Assembly: GCF_001194135.2 (NCBI RefSeq) | Contig: NC_068985.1 | Location: forward strand, 16,715,911 to 16,779,910 | Reading direction: 5' to 3' | From: Octopus bimaculoides | Lineage: Eukaryota | DNA: 64,000 bases | In this document: piece after piece, positions 50,925-64,000 of the stretch | How positions within the stretch are numbered: position 1 is the first letter of the stretch | How the letters are laid out: each line of letters begins with the position of its first letter | Position numbers and translations under genes: made by a program | Notes under the pieces: model-generated | Told to the model about the DNA's origin: nothing | Database searches by the model: none | The model's input: the letters and a program-made list of their open reading frames with translations, nothing else

Positions 50925-53515
50925 TTCAGGGCTACCACAGTTAACACTGGCATGATGTAAAGTAGGTCTGGACAGACTGGACATACAGACTGGAGTAGAG
51001 GCAACTAGATACATGTATTGTACATGACTTAAGATGGAAAGGAAACTTTAGTCAGCTTCCTTGTGGGCAAGGAATATAAGTAAAATTGTTCTGATTGAGT
51101 AAAAGTGTTGAGCTTGGTTGAGTAGTCATATTGTTGACAGATAATTACATGGATAAAATAACTGAAATAGTACATGAATAATTAACTTTTGGTTAATAAA
51201 GGGCAGTGCTACACCAACCATGATCTCTGCATATGTACCACTATCAGGACTAACAGGAGAGCAAAAGGACTGTTTCTGTGAGGTCTGCTCACAGACTGAA
51301 GTACTAATAAACGACTGATCTTGTTATCCTGACTAATGACTTTCATGCATGTGTTGGGCAAACTGTAATGGCTACTTCATTGTACATGGATATGGCATGA
51401 GGTGGGATCAAAGCTCTTATAGTTCTGAAACCTATTTCAAAACTAGCTCAAGGAAATCAGCTAGTTGTCTGGTCACCTATCCGACAGGCAAACACTCTTG
51501 CCAAATAGACTTCACACTTGCCAAGAAATTAGATAAGTAACTGGTTGTGAATACTAAGTGACGTTGGTTCCACCCAGCATAGATTAGTGGTTAGTGACTT
51601 CAGGATAAGAACTAAATGGACTCAGAGGGACAAGGCAGTCAGGAAATTAAATAAAACTGAACAATCTTTTGATTAGTTGTAGAGTCAAAGAAGTATTTGT
51701 TGATGCATATGACAAGGAGGAGGTGATAGACATTGGCTTCAAGACAACTTGTTGCAAGCTACTGACTAGATTTGTGGATGGAGTAAGGTACCAGGTAGAT
51801 GGAAGAAAACCTGTTGGCAAAATGGAAAGGTAGTTGGCTTTTAAAGTTAAAAGGCAGGCTTGGAAAGAGAAGTAAAGAACAGTATCAGTTAGCCAGAAGA
51901 TATTGTGTAAATGTAACAAGGAGTGAAGCTGAAAGAAGTTAGCAAGCAATGAGATTGTAAAGCTGGATTATAAAGCAGTGTTCTGTGGTAAATAGAGCTC
52001 TGATTGGGTGGGTAGGAGTGTATATAGAATGATAGTGGTCGCTGATGTTGAAAGAGGAGAATATTGGAAAAGAGAGGATCCATTCCAAGGAGACCAGACA
52101 GCAATGCTAGCTGTTAAAGTTGACATCTGTATGGTCTAATTCAAGTCACTGAGCCATTGCCATATGGTAAATTGCTTGCATAGTTGATCAGATAGCTCAG
52201 AGAAGTACCACCATATTTAATAACTGGTATAGCAATATCATAATTATTATAAGGGCAAAAGAATGCTGTAAGAAGAACCAGCTGCAAAGGCATCAACTGG
52301 ACAAACCAAGGGATGAAAGTAGTGGAGAATTAACTTAGGTGAGATTGGTTCATATCTTCTTCCTTGTGTGATTACTACATAAGCTCTTAACCATGCTCTG
52401 TAGTCTGATGTTTACTAAGTAAATTAAATGTAGATTAATGTTTCGGGAGAGTTGTGCAAGCCATGTACAGAGATGTCAGTATGATGGCAGTTAGTTATAA
52501 GTTCAGTGAGGAATGGATGTTCATTAAAGTTTTGTTCTCAGCCGTCTCCTATTACAGTTCTCCAGGCCATAACAGAAGAGTTTAAGATGAGCTGTCAATG
52601 AGAACTTCTGTACACTGATGACCTAGTTCTCATAGCTGTATCTGTCAGTTATAGAAATTCCAAATGTGGATGTACAGACTAAAATTGAGAAGCCTCAAGG
52701 TAAATTTAACTGAAACAAAAACTCCAGATTGTAGGAAAGAAGGCATGACTCTACTGTTATCAAAGAGATCGTCATGTTCTATATGCAGAAAAGGAATAAG
52801 TAAGATCTCTGTACTGTGTACCACATATGAACTATGGGTGCACAAGAGGTGCTGGGTCATCACAGGTAGGCTGATAGGTAAATGAAATTAAAAAAGAAAA
52901 GGCTTGAAAGAGTACTAACGAAATCATATTTTCAAAAGCTCAAGGCTCTCAAAGTATTTCAATAGTTTGTTTCCTAAGTAACCTAATAGTTAATGTAGGT
53001 TTCTGAAAGTATAGTAACCAGAGTAAATATTGTGTAGAAAGTGTTCAGAGACCTGCTGGTAGCTTGAAATTCTCAAAGTGAAGGACTGGTTATATGCTTG
53101 TGAACAAAGTGATGTTGCATGGCAGTGAAACATGGTTACTGAATATGGATGATGTGTAAAGGCTGGAGAAAAAGGAACACACTCTGCTTGATGTGTAATG
53201 GTAGTTTGTATGAACAATGAAACAGTGGAAATGAGCCGAATAAAAGACTGAAGACTGAATGCAAGTGGAATCAAATGCAGTGTACAAGAGGGAAGGCTAT
53301 GCAGTTAGGATACGTGATGCATGTAGAGGATGACAGCTGGCTGAAGGAGTGTCAACTAATCTAAGTTGAAGAGTTAGGCAGAAGAGAGAGACTTGAGAAG
53401 ATATGATAAAAGCTGATATCAAGATACTAAATCTCACTAATATCACAACGGTCTGCAACAGATGGTGAGATGTGCTAATGAAGGCCCATGCAGACAAAAT
53501 GATGATAATGGTTAT
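50925..53515 (+). mobile_element. Largely complete but heavily decayed RTE LINE
   Basis: APE-like AYVPLSGL and DFHACVG; RT LLYTDDLVLIA at ~52600-52640; Cys-rich CSICRKG..WVHKRC; 3' (GAT)-type tail. Confidence 0.8.
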
Positions 53516-54619
53516 AATAAAATTTCCATTCACATAGTATTGTCACCTCAAGGTTGTGGTAAAAAAAAGAGAAAAACTTGCTCTAAAAGTAATACTAGAA
53601 CCTAAATATATATTGTCTTTTTTTAATTGAATGTTAGAAAATTGTGTTTGTAAATTAGCTTAATATTTAAACAATATTTTTATTTGTTATGCATTAAAAA
53701 TAAAAGAATGCTTTTAGAAACTAACATTTTCCTGAGATCTTGGCTATAGTATGTGCACTATGTAAAGGCTCTATTATTTATTAGTAATTGATCAAATTTA
53801 TAGCTGCACATGCTTAATTGGTTTTATTTTAATAGCTTATTGATTTACATTGTCTATTTGTTGCTTGTACAGCAAATATTTCAGTTGTGACTTCATATTT
53901 TCTGTGCATGCTTTATTGTAGTAATCAAAGTAGTTACAGGGGAATTCAGTTCACACAAAAGTCTGAGAAATACTGACTGCAGAAAACTTATTACAGAAGA
54001 CATAACTCTGATCCCTTGCATCAAGAAATTTCATGTTCTTGAAAATCTTACTGTTATAGAAAATTCTGTAATATGAAATTTATTTTCTCATTGATTTCCC
54101 TGTTATGAATTGAGATGTGTTCTGACATACCCCCCCCCCCCCCCCCTCCATACACACTTTTATGCAGGAAAATAATTTTTAAACATGCTCAGTATCATAT
54201 GTATAGTAAAGAAAGGGAGTAAAAATAATAATGGAATAGATAAGAATATTTTAGCTACATCATTGTAGAGTGTGTACTCTTTTGATGTTGACCACTGTGT
54301 GATGGGAGGTGGTACAGTGGCACTTCTAGGATGGAAGATGGACAGTATCTGCATCTCAGTAAATCATCAGCATCTACGTCAGGGGCTATCCTTCGTTGTA
54401 ATTATAATTCTTGTCAACTGAAGCACATGGATAGCCCTTCAGAGTAAAGAACTTATACAAAGTTGTTTATTGTCATCCACCCATCACTTTATTTATAGGT
54501 CCAAATAGGAACTAAATTCATTTAAACTCTTCTTCTGTAATTTTTTAGTTACATTTGCAATTAGGATATTAATATTAAAGATATACACTCTTCCTGTAAG
54601 TTCTAATCTTTCACCATAT

Positions 54620-55960
54620 TCTTTACAATCAAATGAAGTCTCTATATTCTCTTCTTGCACTGCAGGTTTCACTTATTCTAATGACATTGGCCCCTCATTA
54701 GATTAATTTTCTAAATAGAACTCTAGCAACTTAGGCATATTATCATCTATGGTTTCTTCGAAACCTACATTGTCTGTGTCATAGTATTTTGCTGAATTTA
54801 ATGCAGACTTTCTGCTGGTGAAAAACCTGACAAGTCATAGCTAGTCTGACCATATGTTTTCAAAAACACCATCCATAACAGATGTCTTACTTCATCTTAT
54901 GACTTGGCTGTGTTGTCTACAGCATTCATGATGTCACACATTCGCCATTTGTCCATAAGTGTGTATATTTATCCTCTTCAATTGTTTTTAAAAGTTCTTC
55001 TCAGATAATATTCTATGAAGCTAGCTCACCTTGATCCATTGGATGGAGCAAGGAGGCTATGTTCTTGGGGATACAGTCTATTCTTACATTATCAAAACGA
55101 CTATTTAAATTCACTCTGTAGCTTGGTGCATGTCTAAAAGCAACTGCTTTGTTTGAAATAAACCTGGTACTATACCTTTTTACTATAGGACCAAAAGAAA
55201 AATGTTTGCAAGTCAATCTTGGAAAGCACTCATTGTCATCCAAGTCTTAATTAAACTTAATCCTTGAAATCCCTAAGATTTTTAGTTTTATACATGAATA
55301 AGTGTTTTAATTTTATATCACCCACAGCATTTCCTCCCACAGGAGTCATCAGATGAACCATCAGAAACTTTGGAACCAGTTACTGATTTTTTTTTTTACA
55401 AGAATTAAGTCCTTGCAAGCATGTGCTTCTAGAAAAGCTATTTCATCAATATTATGCACTTGTTCTAATGTGTAGCCTTCTTAGGACATGTATTTTCTTC
55501 AGTTCCTTAGAATAATAGTTAGCAGGTTCACCAAAGCTTTTAACTGGCCAGAAAAGGATTTAACTCAGGATTTGCATCTTTCTTTCTCTGAAAATTATAG
55601 TCTTGTAACTTTTATTGGATTGACTGTTGTGCTTATCAGCACGTTGTCCAGTTTGTTGACCTACATACCACCCATTTTGTATTAAGCATCATATCAGATC
55701 TATTAAGGAAAAAAAAAAACTATGTTCAAGCAATTAATAGAGTAGCTGCTTGAGCACTTGACCTAATTTTATCTGTATTCCTTCTGTAGACACTGCAAGC
55801 TTTTTGCAATATGGCTGATTCTTTTCTCTTGCATTAAACTTTTCTAAAATATCAAGTTTAACGTTTAATATAATCTCCTTATGACTCCCTTTGGCACTAC
55901 TTCTTTCATTTCTATTTAATGGCCTTTTTCCAGTCATGTGTTAGAGTAATGCACTATACT
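54620..55960 (-). mobile_element. Tigger/pogo transposase fossil
   Basis: N-terminal HKEIILNVKLDILEKF (HTH-psq-like) and DDE_1-like CIPKNIASLLHPMDQG; many stops. Confidence 0.8.
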
Positions 55961-57280
55961 TTACATGTTTGTAGTTAAATCCAACAGCAGTGGAAATAGA
56001 CAAGAAATCCATGCCAAATAATAAGGAAATTAGTGATGGTCTGTATTGGCAAAAAGTAATGTTTTTATAACATCAAAATCAGAGGTGGAGAAGTGATGTC
56101 AAAAGGTGGGAACTGTACAATACAGGAGGAAGTGTTGTATGATTTAAATCTTTGGATGTTAACCACCCGAAACCAGCTCTGGTTGAATGATAATAAACCT
56201 TCCATTCAAAATTTTATGTTAATTTATGATCCAAACACTGTCTTTAATCCTCTTGTTTCAGCTATTAGATGGTGGCCATGCTGGGGAACCTCATTGAAGA
56301 ATTTTTAGTTGAATGAAGACACACATACACACACACGATGGGCTTCTTTCAGTTTCTGTCTGCCAAATCCACTCACAAGGCTTTGACCCAAGGTTATAGT
56401 AGAAGACATTTGCCCAAAGTGCCACACACTGGAACTGAGCTCAGAACCATGTGGTTGGAAAGGAAACTACTTACCACACACCTGCCTGCACCTAGCTTAA
56501 TAATGACAGTTCTTCAATATTTTCAAAATTAGGTGAAACTTTTTCAATAGAAATATAAATTCAAATCGAGAATGTTGAGAACAATGAAATACAAGGTCAA
56601 TTTAATTGATGCATGCACAAAGTAGAGGAAAGAGGGAGTTTTTAGATGACAGAGACTGGAAAATGAGGAGTTGAACAATCAAATGTAATAATCTCGCACC
56701 AAATATATATATTAAAAATAATTAATTTTTATACATATACATGCTGGTGCTACATATATTACTCCTGTGCCAGTGCCACATAGTACACTCTGTAAAGTGG
56801 TTGGTTAGAAAGGATATCCAGCTGTAGAAACCATGCCAAAAAAGACAATTGGAGCTTGGGAAGCTCTCTCTCACCGGCTCCTGCCAAACTGTCCAACTCA
56901 TACCAGCATGGAAAACAGATGTCAAACAATGATGATATATAAAAATTAAGGTTTTAGAATTAAGGTTCGCCTGCAAGATTACTGTCCACACCCTGAAATT
57001 AGTGGTCGGGTTACACTTTTCATAGTCTGTACTTGTCTTAGACATCATCTGATGGTTGTAAATGAGCATCACCATCGAAAAGCAAGATTGTTTCTAGTTT
57101 TCTTTGAAAAATTTGTCTGGCCATGGGGAAATATAACCTTGCTTGGAAACAGGTGAGGGTTAGCAACAAGAAAGGCATCAGCCTGTAGAAAACCTGCCTC
57201 AACGAATTCTGTCTGACCCATGCAAGCATGGAAAAGTGGGTGTTAGATGATAATGGTGGTGGTTAAGTATCCCTTAACTA

Positions 57281-57485
57281 TGAAGAGGTGCTGAAAAGTT
57301 CCTTCCTTAAAGGGTATCACAAAAGGTCTGGTTGGAGGCCCAACCTTCCAAGTTCTTTTACAGGGCTTTGAAAAATTGAAGGAGTATGTGAATATCAGAG
57401 GGGAATATGTTAAATAAAATCATTATTAAATGATCCTCCTGTATTTTCTTTTACCCAAAGCCAAGAACTTTTCAGCACCTCTTTG
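57281..57485 (+). mobile_element. mariner-derived MITE (internal deletion derivative)
   Basis: TIRs (c/t)(g/a)aagaggtgctgaaaagttc with TA flanks; retains a GEYV*-like transposase C-terminus. Confidence 0.85.
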
Positions 57486-58902
57486 TAGAGTTTCTATAAC
57501 AAGGTAGAAAACCTGTATAATACTTTAAGCACATGTCCAGATTATTTAGCATGTGAGATTCAGATTCTTTCAATGGCAATTTTGTATTTCAATTTACTCT
57601 GCCTTTCTTACATTTACCACAATCAGCTCCATCCAAAACACCGGCTTAAAAAGAGAAATGATTGTACAGCTAATTGGATTGTGTACACGCAACCAATACA
57701 TTATTCTGCATGCTGCATTTGTTGGTCACCACCAAACATTTGATCAGTAAATTGTTTGTTTGAGCAAAGGTGATTGGTTCTTTATATAAACGAAAGGAAT
57801 TTGACAAATTGAAGAGTAAAAAAGGACCATTTGGAATGGAGGAAATAGTTTTGTGATTTCAGCATCACAAGTGTAAACAGGAAAGTTTGTTGTCTAAAAT
57901 GAGATCAATTGATAGATTAGAAAACTGCTATTTCATATTCATTGGTCAGTGAAGTTATGCTGTGTAAGTGAGAGGTGATAAAGTGTATCCTGTTACATAA
58001 AGGCCAAGTACAGTTTAAGATGTGTCTCTAGGAATTGTTACTGCTGTACTAAAGATATGAGATTATAAATTTGTATTAGAAATATTACTGCAGTAAAATT
58101 GAGTTTATTTCTTACAGGTTTCATCTATTAAGATATTCATTTTTGGGTTTTTTTAATGTTTTTAAAAATTAGTTACTGACGGTTATTATTAGTTTGGTTC
58201 TATTTTATTACATTTATATTACATTCTTCAGAGGCAAGCCTGATCTAGAAGGAAAAGATAATTTACTCATCACCTGAGATGGGAAATGATATTTCTGTTT
58301 CATTTGCCTTTTTTTTTTTTTTTGTTTCCATCCAGAAGTCAAAACTGAATGATATAAGATTATTTTATGTTCTGTGTTGTTCAAATTTGATTTAATTATG
58401 CCAACATAGAAAAATGGGTGTTAGAATGTAATTATGACACATAATACAATAAATGCTTTTTAAAAATCATGTTGAATCTTAAAAGCGACCTGTAATTTTT
58501 TTCTGAATTTCTGGTTTACCATCTTGACTATTCTGCGATAAAAATCAGCAGACATATACTTGTAAAGTTATGAGATTACTTCAGTAATAATAATTTTATT
58601 AAATATCTTAAATCTTTGGTGACAACAATAGCTTCAGAAAAATTTGCAAGCCTTTCCCCTAAATGCTCTGAATCATTATATAAACTGACAACATTAAAGA
58701 GCCTAAGATTTAAGGGCTTTTTTTTTTTTTTTTGTATGAATATTCTTTAATTCTTTAAATTGCTTCAGCTTTAAAGCTGCGGCCATGGTGGGGCACCACC
58801 ATTGGAATATGTTAATGATATAAAAATGAATTTTGAAACTGAAAATAATATGAAATTGTATTAATATAATATGGTATTTATGAAATTATTTATATTTTTC
58901 AG

Positions 58903-58928
58903 AAATCACCTCATCAATGTACTGAAAC
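58903..58928 (+). other. Candidate 26-nt micro-exon
   Basis: tatatttttcag| acceptor, AAC|gtgagt donor; two open frames (KSPHQCTE / NHLINVLK). Confidence 0.35.
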
Positions 58929-61900
58929 GTGAGTATGTATTTTATGTATAAAGGCTTCTAAAATTAACATTTGAATAGTTATCTGCTAATTTAGATATTT
59001 AAAAGAAATTAATTTTAGATGTTTAAAGCTATTTTCCTTTCTGTTTCTTTCACAAAATGTGTTTAAAATATTGATAGGTGGGATGGGGTGAGGGAGTCAT
59101 GTGGTTAAGAAGCTCACTTTGCAACCACATGGTTTTAGGTTCAGTCCCACTGCAGTACCTTGGGTACATGTCTTCTAATATGCCCCTGGGACCATCTGAT
59201 GCCTTGTGAGTGAAGTTGGTAGGTGGAAACTGTATGGAAGTGTATTGTATGTCTATGTGCGTGTGTGCATGCCTGTGTTTGTTTGCCTCCCCCTACTATT
59301 TGACAACGGTTGTTGGTTTGTTTACATCCCTGTAACTTTGCAATTCAGCAAAAGAGACTGGTAGAATAAGTACCAGACTTTTAAAAAACAAAAAAACAAA
59401 AACCTACTGAAGTCAATCTTTTTGACGAAAAAACAATTAAAGGCCTGGCTCCAGCCTGATTACAATCCAATGTCTGAAACGTCTAAAGGCTAAAAGCATT
59501 CTTACGTTTTCATTTGAAATAGTTATCACTAAAATCTTGAAGCTTGCATTGAAGAGCTTATAATTCTTATCTTGGTAGTATTTAATAATGAAGTCTTACA
59601 AAATATATAGGTGTGTGTCTTAGTAGGTATGATACTTATCCTAATTACGCACATGTGCGTGCGTATGTCATTGGGGCATGTTTCATTATGCACGTTTGGT
59701 TAAATAAACAACTGAAAACTGTATTAATCATTTTAATGTTGAGCCATTTATATTTTCTAAAGGTACATTTAGTTAGTATAGGAGTAGGGGTAATATATTC
59801 CTTATGCTAAGGGGAGAAGGCTTAGCTGTGCTTACAGTCATGCATAATCATATTCCGAGGAGTGTCGAGTAAAATAATAGTTCATTTTGTTAGTGAGCAA
59901 GCGGATAAATGTGTGAATGAACACCACTTATTAGTTGTCGGTAGCTATTTTTATAGCTTCAGTGGTGGATTGGAGATTAAGAGTTAACTGTTGTGTGGTG
60001 ATTAGTTAATGTTTAGAAGCTGTTACATTGCGATTGGTTGCCAATTAATGGATAATATATAAGGTAGGTATTGGTTATGAAGTGGGACTGGGAGGTATGG
60101 AAGTGTTGGGGTTAGTTTAGTTATTAATTGGAAATTTTGTTCATGGTTTTCGTCAATTTATGTTGGAACAAACTTATTGAATACCTTATAAATGAAGGGA
60201 TTAAGCTAGCTTTTATCTTTTACTTGTTTCAGTCACTAGTCTGTGGTCATGCTGGGGCTACTGACTTTCAAGGCTGATGGAATAAGTTACAGGAATGTAA
60301 ACAAACCAACATCATTTGTTGGTAGGGTACAACAGACACACACACAAAGATGAATTTGTGTGTGTGTATATATCATCATCATCATTTAACAGCTGTTGTT
60401 TATGCTGGCATAAGGACTTCTTTCAGTTCCTGTCTATCAAATTTACTCATGGTTTTGGTCAGCCAAAGGCTATAGTAGAAGACATTTACCCAAGTTGCCA
60501 TGCAGTAAGACTGAACCCAGAACCATGTGGTTGGGAAGCAACAAACTTTTTTTTTTTGCATTATTACAGTTGACGGGAATTTTGTTTACCAAAATACACA
60601 TAAAAGTTTTTTGGGGAAAATGTGACTTTTCAACCTATTGCATGTATCAGATTCCTTGAAAGGGTTAATGTGGAAATGTAGAAGAGCCTTGTTTAGTATA
60701 TGGGAAAGGAGCAAGTAGGAACTTAATGCTGGTACTTAATGGTTACAGGAAAGGAAAACCAAGACTTTAGATGCACAAGACTAGCTAGGAGTAGAGGAAC
60801 CCTTGAAATGAAATTCACGAACCACTCTGGTGATGACAGAAACATGACATGGTAAGTGAAAGTGGAGCATGTGTTGGTAGGGAAATCCCAGAAATAAGTG
60901 TTAAGATGTTAGGTTTCAAGAATAAAATCATGAAGGATCATGACATGGGGTGGGGGTATGCTGTACAACAAAATCCTTTTTAAACCAACAGATGATAAAA
61001 TGACACTGATAACAGATGGGGAATTGTACTTTAACTTTACTGCTTGCATTCTTTTTTATATTGTAAAAATGGGAAGATTTTATTAAGATTGTCTGTGCGA
61101 GGAGAGGTTTTTCTTTTCATATACATTAGCAGGCATGGCTTTCTTCCCAACCACATGGTTCTGGGTTCAGTTCCACTGTGTGATACCTTAGGAAAGTATC
61201 GTCTACTATAGTCTACGGCTGACCAAGAAATTGAAAGAAGCCCATTGTGTGTGTGTGTGTGTGTGTGTTACCCACCACCACTTGACAACCAGTGTTGCTG
61301 TGTTTTCATCCCTGTAATTTTGCAGTTCAGCAAAAGAGACTGATAGAATAAGGACCAGGCTTTAAAAAAAAATAAAAGTATTAGGGTCAATTCATTCAAC
61401 TAAAAATTATTCAAGGCAGTGCCCAAGCATGGCTACATTCTAATGACTGAAATGAGTAAAAGATATTAAGTTTACAATGTTCGGCAAAGCCACAAGAAAT
61501 CGGTCAGTTGCAATAAGTGATGTTTTGAATAAATACATCTAAGATGCTAGTAGTTGTGTTCTATGTATTTTAGACACCCCTGTGTTATTGCTTTAAAATT
61601 GTGTGTATGTATTTTCTTGGAGTGGCACTAGTATTCTTCATCAGAATTGCACCTTTTGATACCAACCCACTCCCTGATTTCATGATACAAAACTTTTTTA
61701 GAGTTCATCTTTATATTAAAACTGTCCACAATTTTATGTAAGTTATCTTTTAAGACATTCTAAACATTGGCTTGATAATGAATAAAGTTAACTATTTTAC
61801 TAACTTCTTCCAAATTGTTCATTGTTTTCAAATTTAATTGAAATAAACAACCTGCAGATTATCTCAGAAATATATAACAAGAGATGTTTTCTCAGTTTTT

Positions 61901-62340
61901 CTGGTTTTTTTTTTTTTTGTACAGTGTTATATTATCTCTCAATTCAACTTCAATGTTTAGGCAACTAAAATTTCTTGTTCAATTTAAAAACTTTCATTAG
62001 TTAGATATCAGGAGTATTCTCAGTTATTGACTCTTGATGTACAAACTGAAGAGTTTTTAGATCACTAAACGATTGATTTAGGAATGAAAAAAAGCTGTCT
62101 TAAAGACACTATTGATAACAGTTTGTCTAAAAGATCTTCTAGTTCTACAATACAAACTTTCCTGTTTTAAAAGTGACCTACACAAAAACTTTCCATCAAA
62201 ATTTCATGTTATATTCCAAACACCACAGTTATTTTATTAAATTTTTCAGCAGTGTATTTGAACAGAAATATTACAAAAGGGTGTATTAGCAAAGATTGAC
62301 AAAGATATTTTATATTTCTTTTCAAATTTGTAAAACTTAC

Positions 62341-62372
62341 TTCAGAGCTTTATTGAAGGATTAAAAGCGAAT
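62341..62372 (-). other. Candidate 32-nt non-coding or poison micro-exon
   Basis: TACTAAC branch point, tctgctttcacag| acceptor, GAA|gtaagt donor; stops in all three frames. Confidence 0.45.
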
Positions 62373-64000
62373 CTGTGAAAGCAGATGTTAGTACGCTTAT
62401 TGTTTAGTTGGATAGATATTATGGAGGGTCAAGATGAAGACTAAATTTCTGCCTTTATATGAAAGCAATTTATAATGGGGGTAGGGGAGAATTAAGGGAA
62501 AAAGTATTTGAAAAAAAGTTTATTTTACAATATTGATTGTAATTTCATATTGGGAATCTTGAACATTTGTATCAATCTATTCCTAGATTAAATTAAATGA
62601 CAAGCAGATTGAATTAAACTTTGATCATCAGTTTAAAATCATTAAAGATTTATCTTAATGATAATTTGTAGCATTTTTACAACATGATACAAAAATAAAT
62701 AAATAGATGAAATAATAAAAATACCAACACAGACACCATTTAAGGCTGGCTTATCTGTATTATGTAAATACAAAATAGCAACTTGTCTTTCAATAATTAA
62801 ACAAAAGAGAGTAAAATGAGATTTTATCATGCAATTCCATGTGATTGACTTTTAATGTTCTACAAACAAGCCGTGTAGCTTTTTAACTCATCGGTGCTCT
62901 AGAGTTGTGAAACTTTTCAGCATTGACTAAAAGCAAATATTTTTTTTAGTTTCTTTGTGTGTAAATGCAGTTTGTTTGGCTAAAATATATACATTATCAT
63001 ATACTTTGTGCGTTATTTAACTTAGCATATAAGCATTGTTTCAGTTTCTTTTCAATTGATCTATTTAAGATATTGCTATATGTGCTATTTCTATTATGGC
63101 ATGAAATCCATTAAGTTATTGTGTATGTTAATTGCCAAATTTTCTCTCTTTATTCCATATATAATTTACGACTGCAGCAACTTGTAATTAGCTTTAGGAA
63201 TAGCTAATAAAAATATTTGACTAGTACATTTTTGTTTCAAAACATTTGAATGACTATGCTTTATTTTATGATAGTTACATCTCCTTTCAATTTGAAATGT
63301 GAATTTGCCTATGATATTTATTTTGCTGTGATAATTATTTTCTGAAGTTAGAGCTATGAGTAATTTTATAAATTATTCATACCAAAGTTTGTAAAGAAAA
63401 AAAAGACATTCTTTGAATACGAAAGTTATAACTTGATATGTAAAAGCTGCATAATTTTGTGTTCAAAGATATCTAAAATAATTAGAATATCCTATATTTT
63501 CATTATTTCATGTATACTTGAATTTATGCGGTTATCCAGAATGTATGCCCTGAAGTTAGCTCTGACTTATGGTCAAAGACATACCATCATTGATCAGCCT
63601 TGTCTTTTTTTTTGACATCCAGGACTGCATTATCCTCTGACTACCTTCTTTTACTTTCCAAGATAGTAGAAATTTGGTTGCTATTTCTAGCAGGTCATAT
63701 TATTGTATACAGGCTTCACTTACTGGCTCATACTTTAATTACATCTGGAGATAACAATCAATTATTACATTATTTACATACTCTCTCCTGTTTGATAGTG
63801 GTACATTATTAAAAACTATCTTGCCTATAGTGCTCAAGTAATTATTGTTGCTGCAGTTAATGTTATCTATTTCTCATTTATTGTATTGTCTAATTACCTT
63901 ATTGCTGTATTCTGTATTCTTTTTGATAAGGCCTATGTACCTACTTCCTCATATAATCATCATCATTTTAACAATACTATCATTTGGAACAAGCCAGCAG

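Noticed and set aside
57553-57750. Kinase-like IVQLIGLC in a 65-aa ORF
   Set aside because: No other kinase subdomain motifs and no convincing splice frame; probably chance.
62341-62372. In-frame TGA read as selenocysteine (FAFNPSIKL-U)
   Set aside because: The context matches no selenoprotein motif I know and no SECIS is identifiable.

Overview
AT-rich, repeat-dense eukaryotic genomic DNA with microsatellites and four N-gaps (8687-8696, 13948-14296, 24917-25012, 38819-39068). The SINE families resemble those I recall from Octopus (coleoid cephalopod); this is an inference, not database-checked. No long intact ORF is present. Most ORF-track entries are microsatellite read-throughs or decayed transposon fragments. 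The window is dominated by tRNA-derived SINEs (CORE-type and a second family) and a SINE/LINE-tail family with ~64-bp internal tandem units. It also carries fossils of RTE, RLE-type (R4/Dong-like) and Jockey/I-like LINEs, a Tigger/pogo fossil, a Tc1/maT transposase fragment, and pogo, mariner, hAT and piggyBac-type MITEs. A CpG-retaining, promoter-like island with ETS and YY1-type motifs sits at ~37.3-38.7 kb. Several short splice-signal-flanked exon candidates occur on both strands, but I could not assign any gene identity. The most notable structures are a near-perfect 73-bp hairpin (44660-44815) beside a ~270-bp local inverted duplication, a telomere-repeat foldback element (15475-15861), and a palindromic tRNA-headed element with a degenerate hammerhead-like core (10876-11170). 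I also note a transposase fragment sandwiched between inverted repeat arrays and a 32-nt stop-in-all-frames micro-exon candidate. I did not find convincing evidence of a new multi-gene system.
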